A DNA stretch of 64,000 bases from positions 558,001 to 622,000 of the forward strand of contig JAYWIR010000006.1 of the NCBI GenBank assembly GCA_036172245.1, written 5' to 3'. The stretch is from Raillietiella orientalis. Lineage: Eukaryota. The translations under genes and the position numbers were made by a program. Of this stretch, positions 35,700 to 48,600 are shown piece by piece (position 1 is the first letter of the stretch; every line of letters begins with the position of its first letter). The notes beneath the pieces were generated by a model. The model made no database searches. It saw only the letters and a program-made list of their open reading frames with translations, and was not told where the DNA came from.

Positions 35700-36950
35700 G
35701 TCAGCCACTGCCTTCGCGTGGCGTCCAGGAAAATTTCCTTCTCGGAAGCGAGGGAAGTATCGGTGTCCACCCCCTAAGAAAGAGGATCCCTCCGCATTCC
35801 TGGAGCGGTGCCTGGGGAACCGGACTGGCCTGCGGAGGAAGTGCAGGCCGGAGAGCAAGGGAACGGCAAAGTCGACGTTCAGGACGCCCGTGCTGGAGAC
35901 GGGTCAGGGCGGAGAAAGGCTCCTCCTTTGACGTCGCTCCCCCCGAGGGGTCCCGGATCCCCTACTGCTGACGTTGCATCCCGCCCGGAGGGTGTTGCGC
36001 TTGGCATTGCGGAAGGAACCGGAGCGGACGGAGGAAGACGAAGAGGACTGGCCGCGGGCTCCCGGTCTCGACCCTTGGCCTCCCTTTCGTGATACTGCTC
36101 GTGCTCTCGCTCGGCAGAGCGAGGATGAGCTTCTTCCTTGAGGACACGCCAGAAGAGGGCTTGCGGCACTCTCTGACCGCAGGGGAGGAAGAGCATTGCG
36201 GTTGGCTGCCTCGTCAGGAGCCGGGAGCGTGGCAACGGCGCACGTTTTCCTGCCCCTCTCCCGGTCGTATGTCTCCTTCCGACGAAAAAGGTAGCGTGCG
36301 AGACACCGAAGGGGGAGGGAGGGCGAGTTCGTCCCTTGCTCAGAGACAGGAGAGGCGCCTGGGAAACAGCGTGCGTTCCTGTGGGACTCCGCGGGTCGAG
36401 TGACGGGGCTGGGGAGAGGCGCGAATTTCCTGGTGCTTCCCTGAGTCCCCCGGGCGTCCTGGAGCGCAGCATTCTCCGTGGGCAAGGTGGGACCTCGTTC
36501 TGAGATGAAAGCGCTCGGAATTTCCTGAAGAAGGGAGAGTGGGGGGTAGGCAGAGGTCTCAGGAACCTCCATCCTCTTCTTGAGAAGATCTGGCTCCAGG
36601 ATCGCTCATAGCTTTCCAGTGAAGAGGCGACTGCTCGGATGCATCGTGCTGCCTCTGGCGGTTCCCGAGACGGATGACCTTGGAGTGCACCGCACCGTGC
36701 CTGGGTGGGGAAGGGGCGTGCGTCCGCCCTCCTTTTACTCCAATAAGGAACAGTGGGAATTCCCAAATCGTTCTCCGTGCGTCTCTCAAGGGTTCCGAGC
36801 GAGGCTGCAGACTTCCTTCGGCTTGACGTCTCTCCAGGAAGCGGTGTCTCTGGTCAGAGCTTTTGCGCATCTTGGGAGAGCAGATGTCTTGGTCCAGGGA
36901 GGAAGAGGTCCTACGTACTCCAGACGTGGGGAGGGAGCTCCCGAAAGCCC
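35700..36950 (+). mobile_element. Decayed CR1/L2-like LINE reverse transcriptase
   Basis: Colinear motif ghosts AWRPGKFPS..PPPKKEDP, ILLVLSLGRARMSF (like FLDLSKAFD) and TDDLGV (like KDLGV). Confidence 0.4.
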
Positions 36951-37519
36951 TATTGGGAACGCAAAGCGGGGATGAAAGGAGAAGAAGTGATCGAAAGAGC
37001 CACCGAGGGCGTGGCTGAAGCTCCACAACGGACTTGCGAGAGGGGGGCTGTTCAAAAAATGCGGAGGGATCGTGGTCACTGCTGTGGTTCGCTCAGCAGC
37101 GCACGCGCGCAGCTGAGCGAACAATGAAGAGAGTAAGGGAGGAGGAAAGGAGGTGTTCCTCTTCCGCCAAAAACCATCTCCGCGGAAGCTGGAGAAGAGG
37201 CAAAGAGGTGCCGAGAAAGAAGACACGAAACCACACGGAGGCATCAAGATGGAGCTAAGTAGTCTGTTGGCAGCCTCCTCACCTTCACTACCACCATTCC
37301 TCTCCTAGGGTGGAGGAAGGGGAGGGGAGCACGAAGAGGAGGCGAATGAGGAGGAGGAAGGAGGAACAAGAAGATGAAGCGGAAGGAGAAGGGAGGGAAG
37401 GAAAGAAGGAGGAAGGGGAAGGATGGTAGGTGATGGATGCAGGAGGAACGCGGGAAGGGCCCTTCCTGTCCCTGGAAAAAGTAGGACGAAGGGTGGAGCA
37501 TGGTTCGGCTGCTAGTACA

Positions 37520-37900
37520 CATCTGCGTCCTTCTGAGGCGAAGACAACGAGGTCCTCGGCGCGCAATAGGTCCCCCAATCGATCCTGGTCTCCCGGATTA
37601 GAGCGAGAACTTGAAACCGTCGTGTCTATCCAAGGAAGCGCTTGCTGTTCCTGTGCGATGTCCCTGAATCCTACTTGCGTCTCAGGGATGCTGCATCCCG
37701 GATCGGGTGAGGATGGACAAAGGTGTCCTGCGCTCTAGGGAAAACACTGGCCTCCCTGCTAGAATTCACACACTCCTGTGTGAGCCGTCCCCGATCCGGG
37801 ATTCGGAGTTCTCCTCAGAAGAGGAGCTGAGGTCTTCGATCGCAACTGGCCCTTGACCCTTCTTCAGTTCGGTCTCTTCTTGCCTGCGCCCACTCTCTTG
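37520..37900 (-). mobile_element. Reverse-transcriptase relic
   Basis: IGDLLRAEDLVVFASE resembles ..LLFADDLVLFA. Confidence 0.3.
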
Positions 37901-39955
37901 AGGAAGAGAGAGGACGGGAAGGAGCCACGAGGGAATTCCCCTCCTCCTCTTCCCGTGGCACTCACGTATTTCAGGAGGCCGAGACCTGGTGGGCAACAAC
38001 AGCCTACGTCTCCACACGCTCGCCAAAAAGGAAGACCCCCGGGCACTTCTCCTCGCATTGTTTTGGAGGGAGACGCGCTTCTTCGCCCCCCACTCCTCCC
38101 TCTGGGAAAGGTAGCGGAGCAGGAAGGAGGAGAGAAGGATGAAGAGAGGAGGAGCAGGAGAGGTTCTCGCAGCTACAAGAAAGTTTCGGAGCGCCCTGGT
38201 CTCCTCCTGGATTTGGGCCAGAAATGGTGGTCTCCTGCCTGGGGTGCCCGGAAAGCGTCCCTCTGGCGAACGCAGTCATTCCTCGACTTTTCTCGTTGTT
38301 ATCCCCTACTGAGGATAGCGGGGTAGCGGATCCAGGGGGGACCCGCGGAGAGGGAGTGAGTAGGCATCACTGGAGCCTCGTGGCCAAAGCCAGGTGGGGT
38401 GGAGTGGGGGACTGTGGAAAGGGGTTGCGCGTGTGCTCACGAAAGCGTGCACCCCTCTTCTGGAGAGCAGGGGCCCGAGGCGAAAGGTCCCCCGTCCTCC
38501 GATCGGGGCTGCTGTAGGAAGGGCATTCGGACCCTTCGCGCATCTAGGACCACAGGCACCGCTGCTACGGACGCATCCCCGAGTCAATCTCTCCGCGTGC
38601 TCAGTGGTCGGCGTGGAAACCATCGACCATGGCTCACCCCTCCTTCGCCCCCTCCCTACAGTGTTTTCCTTCCTCCTCAGCCCTGCCCCTGCCCTACGGC
38701 CCGGAAAGGTGGCGATTTGTTTTCAGGGCGATGAGGAGGGCAAGCGGCTCGGCCCACGGAGGAAGAGGATCTATGTCCTTCCGGTTCTCTTCGCCCCCTC
38801 TTCCTAGAGAGAACAGCAAGAGCGCAGAGGAACTGCTCGTGTGATCGCACGAAGGGTCCCTGATCGTCCCGGGAGGAGAAGAGCGTCGAGGAGGACGATG
38901 GATGCAGGGGAGGTATGGAAACGGGAATAATTCCTGAAGAATTCCCTCCGGGAAGGCATCCTTCCCAGCGAAAGGATGCGCGCGCCCGAGGGCGCCTGAC
39001 AGAGTTTTCCTGCTTGACGACCAGGCAGCGTCCGGCAGGGAGATGTTCCACGCTCTCCTTTTTTCCGGCTGGAGTGGCGCCGTCTCCCTTAGGGGGAAAG
39101 GGGGGAGACCTGCTTTCCCCCTATTTTTCACCCTTTTCCTGCGCTCATCCTGAAGCCCTCCCCCTTGAGGGTTCGCCCACGCGGGTCGTCCTCGTGAGGT
39201 CATGCCAGTCCGACTGCTCCCTTCCTCTACTCTTCTTTCCTTCTTTCCTGTTCCTCCCCCTCCCGCGCCTGAGACTTCCCTGGGGCTCGCAGCGAGGAGC
39301 GCCCTATCTCGCCTTGGCCACCCCCTTCCCAAGGTGTCCTGAGAGAGTTGGGAAGGGAAAGAAGGTCGCTAAGGGGACGGTGGCGAGGGGAAGGAGGGTC
39401 CTTAACTTCTGAGGGAAGAGGAAAGGAGGCAGCACGTAGGTCGCGGATGCTTCCGGCTGGACGTCCCTTAACGACCGGCGGACGGGCTACACTATTTGGA
39501 AGGAGGGACGGAGGTGGTGGGAGGAAGGTGAAGCGAGGCCTCTCGTTGAGTCCTTTACAGCGGGTCCAGGGGGGAAAGGGGTGCAGAGTGAAGCCCCCCT
39601 TCTGGCACGCTCTCGGTCCGCCGCTGTCGTCGTTCGGGAGAGCCAGCCGCGGAGGGACCAACTGCCGCCGCTCCACGCGCAAGCAGGGCGATGGAGTCCG
39701 AGGGAAAGCCTCCCTCGAGGGAGCGGGGTGTAGGTGGGGTGGAAGAAGGGGAGAGAGCGGAGCGGCGCTTCTCAGGATTTATCGATCGGGAACCAAACGC
39801 GGCCACTCCAAGGGGCGGTCACGGCGCGCGTGCGCGCGCGTGCGCACGCCTATAGGCGGCAGTGACAGGCGGGAAAGTGCGGCAGGGTTGACCCCCCCCC
39901 CTCGCCCCGTCCCCGCACCCCTGTACCACCTCTTGCTCTTTCTGTCGGCACTTAC

Positions 39956-40043
39956 CTTTGTGAGGGAGGCATTCCCTGGCGCCGCTCGTCCTGGAGACCT
40001 CTGAGGAGGTGGCCGCTGGAGGAGCGCCAGCAACTTGCGCCAT
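39956..40043 (-). CDS. Candidate first coding exon of the tau gene
   Basis: gctATGG start, MAQVAGAPPAATSSEVSRTSGARECLPHK, perfect donor AAG|GTAAGT in phase 1. It lies just downstream of a CpG-dense region. Confidence 0.5.
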
Positions 40044-40099
40044 AGCTCCGGCGTGAGTTCCTGCGGGAAGGAATCTTCCTTTCCTTCTTTGTCCCTCGC

Positions 40100-40860
40100 T
40101 CTCCCTCCTTTTGCGCGCGCGTGTGTTCCTTTTCTTTCTCTCCCTCTTTCTCTCCTCCTTGTTCCGCTTCCCCCTTCGCCCGGGGAGACGAACCGATCCG
40201 CGGCTGGAAGACGACGGCGACGAGTCCCAGCTGGAGCCCTGCGCACCGCACAACCCGGCAGCTCGCACGCGTCGCGTCCAAATGGCTGCTGCGGCCGACC
40301 CGCCGTTCTGCTCCGAGCGCCCTCTCTCCTCCTCCTCCTCCTCCTCCGCAGCCGCAGCCGCCGCAGCCGCTGTCGCCGCCGTCGCGGGCCACCTCCTCCT
40401 CTCCCTCCCATCGGGGGAGAGATGCGCGCGCTGTGCGAAAGGAGGGAGGCGCGGCGCGGGTTCGGGCGGGTGGCCCGAACATCCCCGGTTCGCCTCTAGG
40501 AAGCATCGCCGCCGCCATGTGGCACATGGGAGACGCGCGCGCGCCATCCGCAGACGACGGCGGCGGCGCGAGTACCGGAGATCTCCAGGTCGCGCAGCTC
40601 GTTCATGCGAAACCCTCCGTCGCTGGCGGACTCGCGCGGCACCTCGTCCGCGCAGGCGCGCGCGGTGCGAAACGCATCGCGTGACGGTGGGCCGCACGCG
40701 CGCGCAAGCGGCCGCGCTCGCGCGTTCACACGCGGGGACGCGGAAGGAGGCACGCGAGCGTGCGAGGAGTTTTCGCGGACACGTGGTTAAGCGGGTGCGG
40801 GTGGACGCGCGGGTGGGGCGCTCACCCGCGCGTAGAGAGCGCGACTTCCCGAGCTCCTTC
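40100..40860 (-). promoter_or_regulatory. CpG-island-like promoter/5' UTR with GCG/GAG triplet arrays
   Basis: Densest CGCG content in the window and (GCG/GCT)n-(GAG)n runs at 40325-40385, directly upstream of the candidate first exon. Confidence 0.5.
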
Positions 40861-41329
40861 GCGGAAAGGAAGTGACGTTATCAGAGAAGGGGAGGACGGA
40901 AGTCCCTCGCCGAAGGCACAGTGGGTCTGCTCCCCCGAAACTCTCCTCGTCCGCCTCCAGGACCTCCAAGATCATGGAGTCCACCGCCGTCGGTGGTCCA
41001 CGCCGCAGACCTGGTGGGCGCACCAACGTTCCGTACAGAGGCGGATCCGGAGGGGAAGCTGGAGGTTCATACCTTCCTGCAAGTGAAGGTAGAAAGGGAA
41101 TCCTGTAGGCAGGGGTTGCTGGGGAAGCTGCCTATTCCTGTCACCTCCGACTTCCGATGTCTTCCTTGGTCAAGAAGCACCCGTTCCTCTCTGTATCTGT
41201 AGGACTTGCTAATTTTCCGGACTCTCCTTTCTCCGTCGCCAAGGAAACTCTATTTCCCGCAAGAACCCACTGCATCTTTCTTTCAAGCGAACCTCCGGGA
41301 TACTCGCCTTTGCACCTACCTGTTTCCAG

Positions 41330-42450
41330 AAAGTGGCCACCCCCAGAAGAGATCTCTCCCATTACTCTGACCTCAAGTAACCTTTGATCTTCGGCGCACA
41401 GTCAAGGAGCAAAAAAATCTTCTCCATCCTACAGGAGAGGTCACCTCGGCAAGGAGCCACATGGGGAGAGTTCCACTTGGTGGCGCAGAAATACGAAAGA
41501 CCTTTGACGCTTTCAAGCTGACCTTCGTGCATGGTTGGGAGGGCAACTGCGGCGAGCTACTCCTCAGCGTGTCTCTCTGCGAGGGAAAGACAGTCTCTTC
41601 CCCCCTCCCTCCCCTTTTCTTTGTTCCTCCGTCTCCCGGAGGGAGCAGCGATCTGGATCGGCGGTTGGGAAAGTGGCTACAGCTGGGATCTGTCGCTGCT
41701 CTGCGAGCTGCGGAGCGCACTGCAGCTCAGCAGCTCGCCGTGCTAAGCTCAAAATGATGGCTGCCGACCCACGTTTCCTTGGAGACCCCAGTCAGCAGGG
41801 GACTTGAAGAAAGGGAACCACCACCGGCGATCGGAGGGTCGGAGGACAGTTGGGAACAATGGGGGTAAGGTTCCATTTGCCCCACTAGGGATCCCCAGAA
41901 ACTCTTGTAGGATCCGTCACGTTAGATGCATGCTCAGATGGGGACAGAAACCCTACCTCCCCCATCTGAGCACTTATCCTTTCCTCCTACTCCCGAGAAA
42001 GAGATTAAAAAAAGAAGAAGCCCTTGAAGGAGCCGTTGAAGATAAGAAAGAGGCGGGAGTGTTTCCCGTGCTTGCTGACCTTGAAGCGCAATGGTCCGAG
42101 AACAACTCCACAGCGAAATTATCCCTTGGTTTCATTCAGCATCCTTCTAGATCTTCCCCTAAAGAAGAGAGCTATCCTTCTATTTTTCGGCCTTGTTCCA
42201 AGAAGACAAAGCTGCTTTCTGCGGGGGGCCACCGTTAAAGGGTTTCGCGAGAGATACTCCGTAACGTCCTCGTACAGCATCTCTTCGACCGGAAGCAGCT
42301 CTCCCCCTCCCTTTCGCCCTCCCACAGAATCATCGTAACTTGAGAGGTCGACAAAGAGAGGATTCCTGGATCGGAGGAGTTTCCAAGAAAGGAGTTCCTC
42401 TTTTCGAGCCTGTCCCGTGAACTCTCGAAGAAGATGAGCCGTGGGGAGAT
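41330..42450 (+). mobile_element. Decayed CR1/L2/Jockey-like LINE ORF2 (RT and thumb)
   Basis: In order: ISPITLTSS (YRPISLTS), IRKTFDAF (KAFD), LQLGSV (PQGSV), KKEAGV..ADL..QW..LSLGFI (KDLGV..L.W..LGFI), LERSTKRGF..SFQER. Confidence 0.6.
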
Positions 42451-43579
42451 GAGAGGAATCGCTCCCGAGAAGAAATTTACGAGGTGGTGCTTCAAAGACC
42501 TCTTTACCTGACACACCCTCCCTCCTCGAAGCAACCGGTAGCCATGCTCGATGCGGTTCTCCCTGGCAACCTCAACAAGAACGTGACTCTTCAGGTCATC
42601 TGCGGCAGATGATCGACTGGGAGCCTCCTTCTCCTCTCCCTCTTTCGCGTGGTCCTTGAATACATCTGCGTGCAGCGGGAAACAGTAGGGAAGGGAACTA
42701 AGAAAATCTGGGGCAGACGAGCAGGAAGAAAGATGGGAAATCGGGAACTGTGGAGCATCCACAGCTTCCAAATCGGCAACTCTAGAAAGGTCCGCCCAGT
42801 CTTCAAACGGGAGGGAGAATCACTGGTCAATCTAGAGGACAGGGTTCTGCAGGCAAGTCAAGTTGGGAGCCACGCAGGAAAACCTTCTCAAGGAACCGCC
42901 ATGTCCCGGTTCATTCGAACAGAACAAAGGGGTGAAATCTTTCGCCCCCGTAAAAGTCCAAAGCCGAAGAACGGGTTGTGTTTGAGGTTCTTTCTCCCTG
43001 CTCTCCTGAGCTCTGGAACGCAGCTCCAGAGAGCGGTTACAGTTCAGATCCCCTCCAGAGCATCGTTTTGGCTCTCTGTGGAAGGCGCAAGGGGTGCGGA
43101 CCAGCCGCAGAGGCAGAAGAGTAGTCTACGCTGCTGCACAAAAAATGGCTCCAAGGAGTCGCTGTGGGGAGGAAAGCTTTCGATCCCTTGCTTCCGTTTC
43201 TCGAATGGCTGCAACAGCAACTAATGTGCTGTCGGGCATATGGGAGCAGGGATGACGAACGTGCTCCCATTGGGTCCGCACTCCCCCTCACAGCAAAGGA
43301 AGCGCTCCTAGGCACTCCCGCTCTCTCGGGTTACTCCGGATCTGACAAAAGATGGCTTTCCCCTATCTGGGCCCATTGGACCGTTTCTTGGAAGCGCAGT
43401 CGAGCTGGAGGATTAGAATAGCGCATGTGCCGCCTCTGAAGATGCTGAAAGGGTATCCAGAGCAAGGCCCCTCAGAAAGGATGGAATTGCGTTTTTCAAC
43501 GACTCTGCTTCAATTGTTGTTTTACTCAAGAGGGCAGACCCTCAAGGTTTAGGAAACCAAGAAAGAGCAGATTAAAGAG

Positions 43580-43800
43580 ACATGCTCCAGATTTCCGAGA
43601 GCGCATTTTCATCTCATAAATGTTGGCGATTTGGAGGCCACCCAGGGATTTTTTCCTTCCCCTCTTTTTTTGGTAGATCACTATCCTCAGGAGCATTTTC
43701 TGCGCCCTGCACAAGACTCTGGGAAAAGCAGCCTCAAGATTCTTTTCCTCACCCAAAGGTAGAAGAAGTCCTGCTGTCTGGTCCTCCCACTGTGCAAGTT
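43580..43800 (+). mobile_element. Possible LINE ORF1 zinc-knuckle relic
   Basis: HKCWRFGGH..SAPCTRL resembles the C.KC..FGH knuckles of LINE ORF1. Confidence 0.2.
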
Positions 43801-45019
43801 GGTGCCAAAGCGCTTGATCCGTTGAAACTCACTAGCGATTTCCCTTCCTGATGCCTCCTGTCACTACGCAACGAGCTTCTACTACTTTGTAATGGAAATG
43901 TGGTTACTGGGAATCCAACTTAAAGGAGAAGCAGCGGATGAACCACACCACACCATCTCGAGGTTTTCTTTCTCTTTCTGATGGTGCGTATCACCAATTC
44001 TGTACATAGCAAAAGGGAAGTTCTATTGGACTTGATTCTTGCACTTCTATGTAGTAGAGTCCAGCTGCTCCAAAATGGGGCTTAATTCGATCTTCACTTC
44101 ACTGCACAAAGACATCCTATCCTGCTATCCCATTCAGAATGAGGAGCGCTTCCCGCGCGATTGCCCCACTTCACAGAGAGAGATACCGATTGCTTGCAAA
44201 GATTTCGGCGTTGATACTCTTTGGCTAAGAGTTCTTCCCTCCCTTTCCTTTCTTCCTCACGATGTTAAAAAGCTCGAACCGATTTTTGATTGGTAGTTCA
44301 TTTACCGCCAAACTGGAAGGGACATTGCATGCATCCTCTAACCCTTTCTTCGCTTCCCCCTTCACCATGCAGCAAACGAGTATGCTGCTGCTAATTCGTA
44401 CCACACTGAGCGTTCGCATTCTAATGGCAAGATCGGTCCGAAGTTATGAAAAAAAATAATAAAAACAACGAAGTGGAAGAAGGGAAAAATAAAAACCGTT
44501 CTTACAATAATGATGATGCTTCAGTTGCAGGATTGTGATCCTGTCGCGGATTCGATGAACCCGCTGTGCACATTTTCGACCATGTTCCTGGAACCTGCTG
44601 CAGACTCCCGCGGGACGGTCGACCTCTTCGTGGGAGTTGCCTCAGAGACAGACAGATGTCCAGTCAAACTGCATCGATTCTCCTCTCTAAAATCCTGCAC
44701 CCGTAGGATCACCAGCAAGCGTCGAGCTCTTGGAAAAAACCATCCATTCGTCTTGCTTTGGTCAACCAGTTGACATCTCCCACCCTTAGTCTGGGTTCCC
44801 GACCATAAAAAGATCGAGAATCGCTTAGAAGGCAGCTCCTCCCTGTTCCCAGCCTCTTTTCGCTTTCCAATGCAGCACTGCTGTTGTTCCATACTCACCT
44901 GCATCCGCAGTCTAGAGATTCCTGAAGCGACCATTCCTCCAAGCATCTCGGCTCCCGCAACCTGTCCTCAAGAATGGAGGTTCTTTTCCTTAGAATCAAG
45001 GTAAATATGACATGGGAAA

Positions 45020-45800
45020 CCTACGATCAAGGGTGGCCTTCCATTCCCCGACTTCAGTGTTGTGGGAGGACGGGGATTCACGGGACCAGTATATGAAAAA
45101 ATCCGGAAGCGTCAAAGAGCCCATTTCCGAGGTGCTTTTCGATAAAATGACTCTTGAAACTGTCTTCTTAACAGTCGTAGGTCCCTACTGGTCCTTTGTG
45201 CCATCCAGAAACGGAGACTCGAGTTTGTGGAGGGTGAATTTCTTTTGGAATTCCTCTGAAGAGGCTTCGACATCCTCTGCGGAACATCTCTTTCGAAGTC
45301 TCCTGAGACCTCAAGATTTCCTGTTACCCTCCTTCCCTCGATTTGTCTTCCCCAGCATCTTCAGACGTCAAGTTTCGTTTCCCTTTCAATCCTGGCTTTC
45401 TCGTCCATCTAATCCTTCCTCATGTACCCGTCCTTTGCTGTCCTGACTGAGTGAAGAAACGCCTCCAGGGAGCTTTTACCAACTCCACTCCACTGTCGCC
45501 ATCAAGTTGTCAGTCCATCCCCAACAATTCGATCCCTCTGGTCCATTGCAGGAGTGGAAGTCTCATTTCAGGGATACTCTAATTGTACAATGACGCCACA
45601 GAACTTGCCCAGAATTTCCACCTCTTGGAGCTTCCTGGCTGCCTCCTCGCTGGAGATGCCCTGCTGTGTGAACGACGTTTCCCCAACGAGGCCATCAACT
45701 GACTCCAGCTGGATCGCAAGGGTCACCGTTGACCCATGGAAAACGTCCAGACAGGAGGACGAAGCCACACCCAAAGATCCTTGCTCAGGGCCCGCAAAGG
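45020..45800 (-). mobile_element. Decayed CR1-like LINE 3' end
   Basis: SLGVASSSCLDVFH (DLGV..S.L.F..H), QLEYP, LTLPDFF..WKATLDR (WN.LP...FK..LD) in correct order, with stops. Confidence 0.5.
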
Positions 45801-47199
45801 TGGGTCGGGTTGCTCGGGGATTGCCTGATGAAACTTTGCAATTTTGGACTTCCTCAGCTGACGCCTCCGTTCTCCCTCTCTGGTCCGGCGGGAACTGTCC
45901 AGTAGGGGAATCGTGCGGCCGCACAGCGAAAGACAACCTCCTCCTAATTTATACATTTATCGTCACTTTCTCTTCTCTTTCCTGGTTCTGTCCCCCAGTG
46001 AGAGTCGAACCCTCACGTTTCGAGATGGCACAAGTCGGCCTCTTCCTTGCTTATTTAAGGGCTCGGCAGTACGGAATGTAAAGTCCTGCAACGGCACCGT
46101 CACCGTCATTCAGAGGGACCACTGTTTTCGTCATATCTGTCGCCACCCCGCTGGGCGATGATGATGGCGGTGGAAGCACCCATGCGACTGTTCCCAGAAA
46201 TGGCTCAGCAGACCACCAGGAGTGGTAGTCATCTCGTGGCCAGCCTGCGGCTTTTCAGGTCCAAGCGATTTCGTCACCGCCTCGCAGCATGCCTCTTGGT
46301 CTCTGAACTGGAGGCAGACTGAACGACGGCGGTGACTCCGAGGTGGCGCGAGCGATCTTTGCCCGCGGTTAGCCTTGTTTCGTCGGGGAGGATTCTTCGT
46401 CTCTCGTGCGGAGTTTCTCGAGAGGCGGCGCGAGAAGAGGTGGGCGTGACCTTCGCCGTCTGTCTACCTGTCCTTTAGAGCCTGGTGCAGATCGGATCCC
46501 CCAGGAAACAGTTTGTTTTCCCTCTTTCGTTGGGATGGCATCCCTGCTGGTGCGAACCGGATGGTGGGAGATCAGGGAGGATTGAGCGCACAATTCGAGC
46601 TTTGTGCCGCACGCCATCCAGCAGCGACGACAGAAAGAGGGAGAGAGAGAGAGAGCAAGAAAGGTGAAGGAGAAGAAAAGAGGCGAGGAAGAAGGCAAAA
46701 AAAAAAAACTAAATAAATCAGGCGGGACTCCGCCCACGACAACTGACGCTTAATCCCCAGCGCCCGAAGCCACCGGAAGGTGCATTTTCGGAGGATTCGT
46801 CATCTCCGAGGGGTGTCGGAATCCCTGTGTGGGTCTGCCGCAGCCGGTGGCGCGGGGAGACAGCACGGTGGAGATTGAGTCTGGGCTCCTTGGGAGCATG
46901 GTCGCAGCGAAGTGAAGAACGGTGCCGCCGCGGCACCTGCCACGATGTCGGCACGTTGGCAGATCTGTCGCGCTTCGCCGCGGACGGAGGAGCACGCTCC
47001 GACGACAGGAAGGGGCGTCCATGGCAACCTAGACCGGGCGCGTGCCCCATCATCTCACGCCTTCCCACTGGGAACGGTTCTTTTCTCCGAGCGGTCCAAA
47101 CTCTCATTCAGGGAGATGTCTCGGCGTCTCCAGACAAGCGTCGCAGCATCCGGGAGCCATGGAGCCCGAACTGCGCGATCCTCCGAAGAGACTTCTGCC

Positions 47200-48600
47200 T
47201 GCTCCAGACTCTCCAGTGGGGGCTACATGTCATCGTGTCGTCGCAGAGCTCAAGGGATCAGCCGTCAGAGTGCTGCATCAGGACCAGCTCTCCAAGTGTC
47301 CTCCGCGGAGCCGGAAGAGGACGCAAGGAGTATCCCCGTCTCCGAGGAGAGCTTCTTTCCTTCGTCTCCCAGTGCTCCTCACCCTCGCGACCACTTTTTG
47401 GGTTCTCAGGATGACAAGAGGCACCCTCAGAAGGGACGAGAAAAAGGGGAGACTTCCAGAGATCGATCAGAGTGGAAGGAATGCTGCAGATTCAAGTAGA
47501 ATTCCGAATTTCCTGGATTGCCGTAGCGGGAAGGGAAAGTTCCGACGGGTCGAGCTTTCCCGATGCCTTTGTCGCCCTCGCCCCCGGAAAAAGGGCCCTA
47601 CCCCATCTCCAGGCACTTTCCTCGAACCGGACTGGATAGGCAGCTTCCGAATGAGGCTGCCTGGAAAACTGGGAAGAACAAAGACTGTCGGAAAGCTCCT
47701 GAGGAAAGGTCGGCTACGCGGCTGACGAGTCCTGTTGTCCCCGTGGGCAGAAGAGCAGGCGAGGAGGAGGAGGGCACGTCGGAAGCGTCTCCGCGGAGAC
47801 GCTCGGCTATACCTATACTAAAACTTGGGGAGAAGCAAGTACTCGGTCCGTACGGTGGCTCGCCCGAAGGAGCTGCAACTGCGGGCGCTTCCCATCTCGA
47901 GGTTCTCACCCAAAATACTGCTTTCGGGAGAAAGCGCCCCTGGGCATAGTCTCCGATCTAGGAAATCGGAGGACGAGCCGTCCGCCACCCACAGCACGAA
48001 ACGTACTGACCTAGGGTGGCGCCGTTCCAGTGCACCCCAGAGCCAAGGAACTCGCAATCTGAGCTAGCCCCTGAGCTCTCCCCCGAAACCAGCGTACTCA
48101 TGCGAGAGCACGTGGACGTCGGTAGGCTGAAGCCGCATCGCGAGTGCCGTCGCATGGCGGGCGCCAGCGGAGTGGGCGAGAAACAAGGCGGTGTGCTCTG
48201 GGTCGCAGTGGACCTCGGAGACAGGGGACTGCAGGCGGCGGAGGAAGGGCGACCTGGAGCGGAGTCAACGCGCGTGGGTGGTTCCTCGGAAGAGAGCGTA
48301 GGGACACAGACAGGAAGCGTGGCACCTGGAAAGAGAGAAAGGGAGAGCGGAAGGCCACCTGTGGGTCCCGTCCAGAGAAGGCAAGTTTGCCCTTCCCGAC
48401 CCAGCTCCTTCCCGATCTCCCTCGTCTCTTTCCCGGCTGGATAAAGCTTTCGGGCAAGACGCGGGACGCGGCGGCGACCTTCGGACCTGGCTACGCGGGG
48501 GGAGGCGCCAAGCAACTACTAGGCGAGCAACTACCTTTCTGTCCTCCTCCAGGAAGGGCGAGTCCGTCTTGGCTGGATAGAACGCAGAACCCGGGATCTG
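47200..48600 (+). mobile_element. Decayed RTE-clade LINE ORF2
   Basis: KRTQGVSPSP (~47315), GSQDD (47401-47415), PKPAYSCESTWT (48083-48118; cf. YGCETWT) and AKQLL..PPPGRASPSWLDR (cf. RP.GRP..RW.D), all colinear. Confidence 0.65.

Noticed and set aside
42119..42771. Minus-strand ORFs with protein-like composition
   Set aside because: Antisense to the CR1/L2-like relic on the plus strand; no recognisable family.
47100..48520. Minus-strand alpha/beta-hydrolase (ABHD17/MGLL-like) pseudogene: HTALFLAHSAG...VHVLSHEYAGFGESSG
   Set aside because: It needs a frameshift and lacks a GxSxG nucleophile. The plus strand of the same DNA carries a better colinear RTE RT series (TQGVSPSP, SQDD, YSCESTWT, GRASPSWLD), so this is probably an antisense coincidence.
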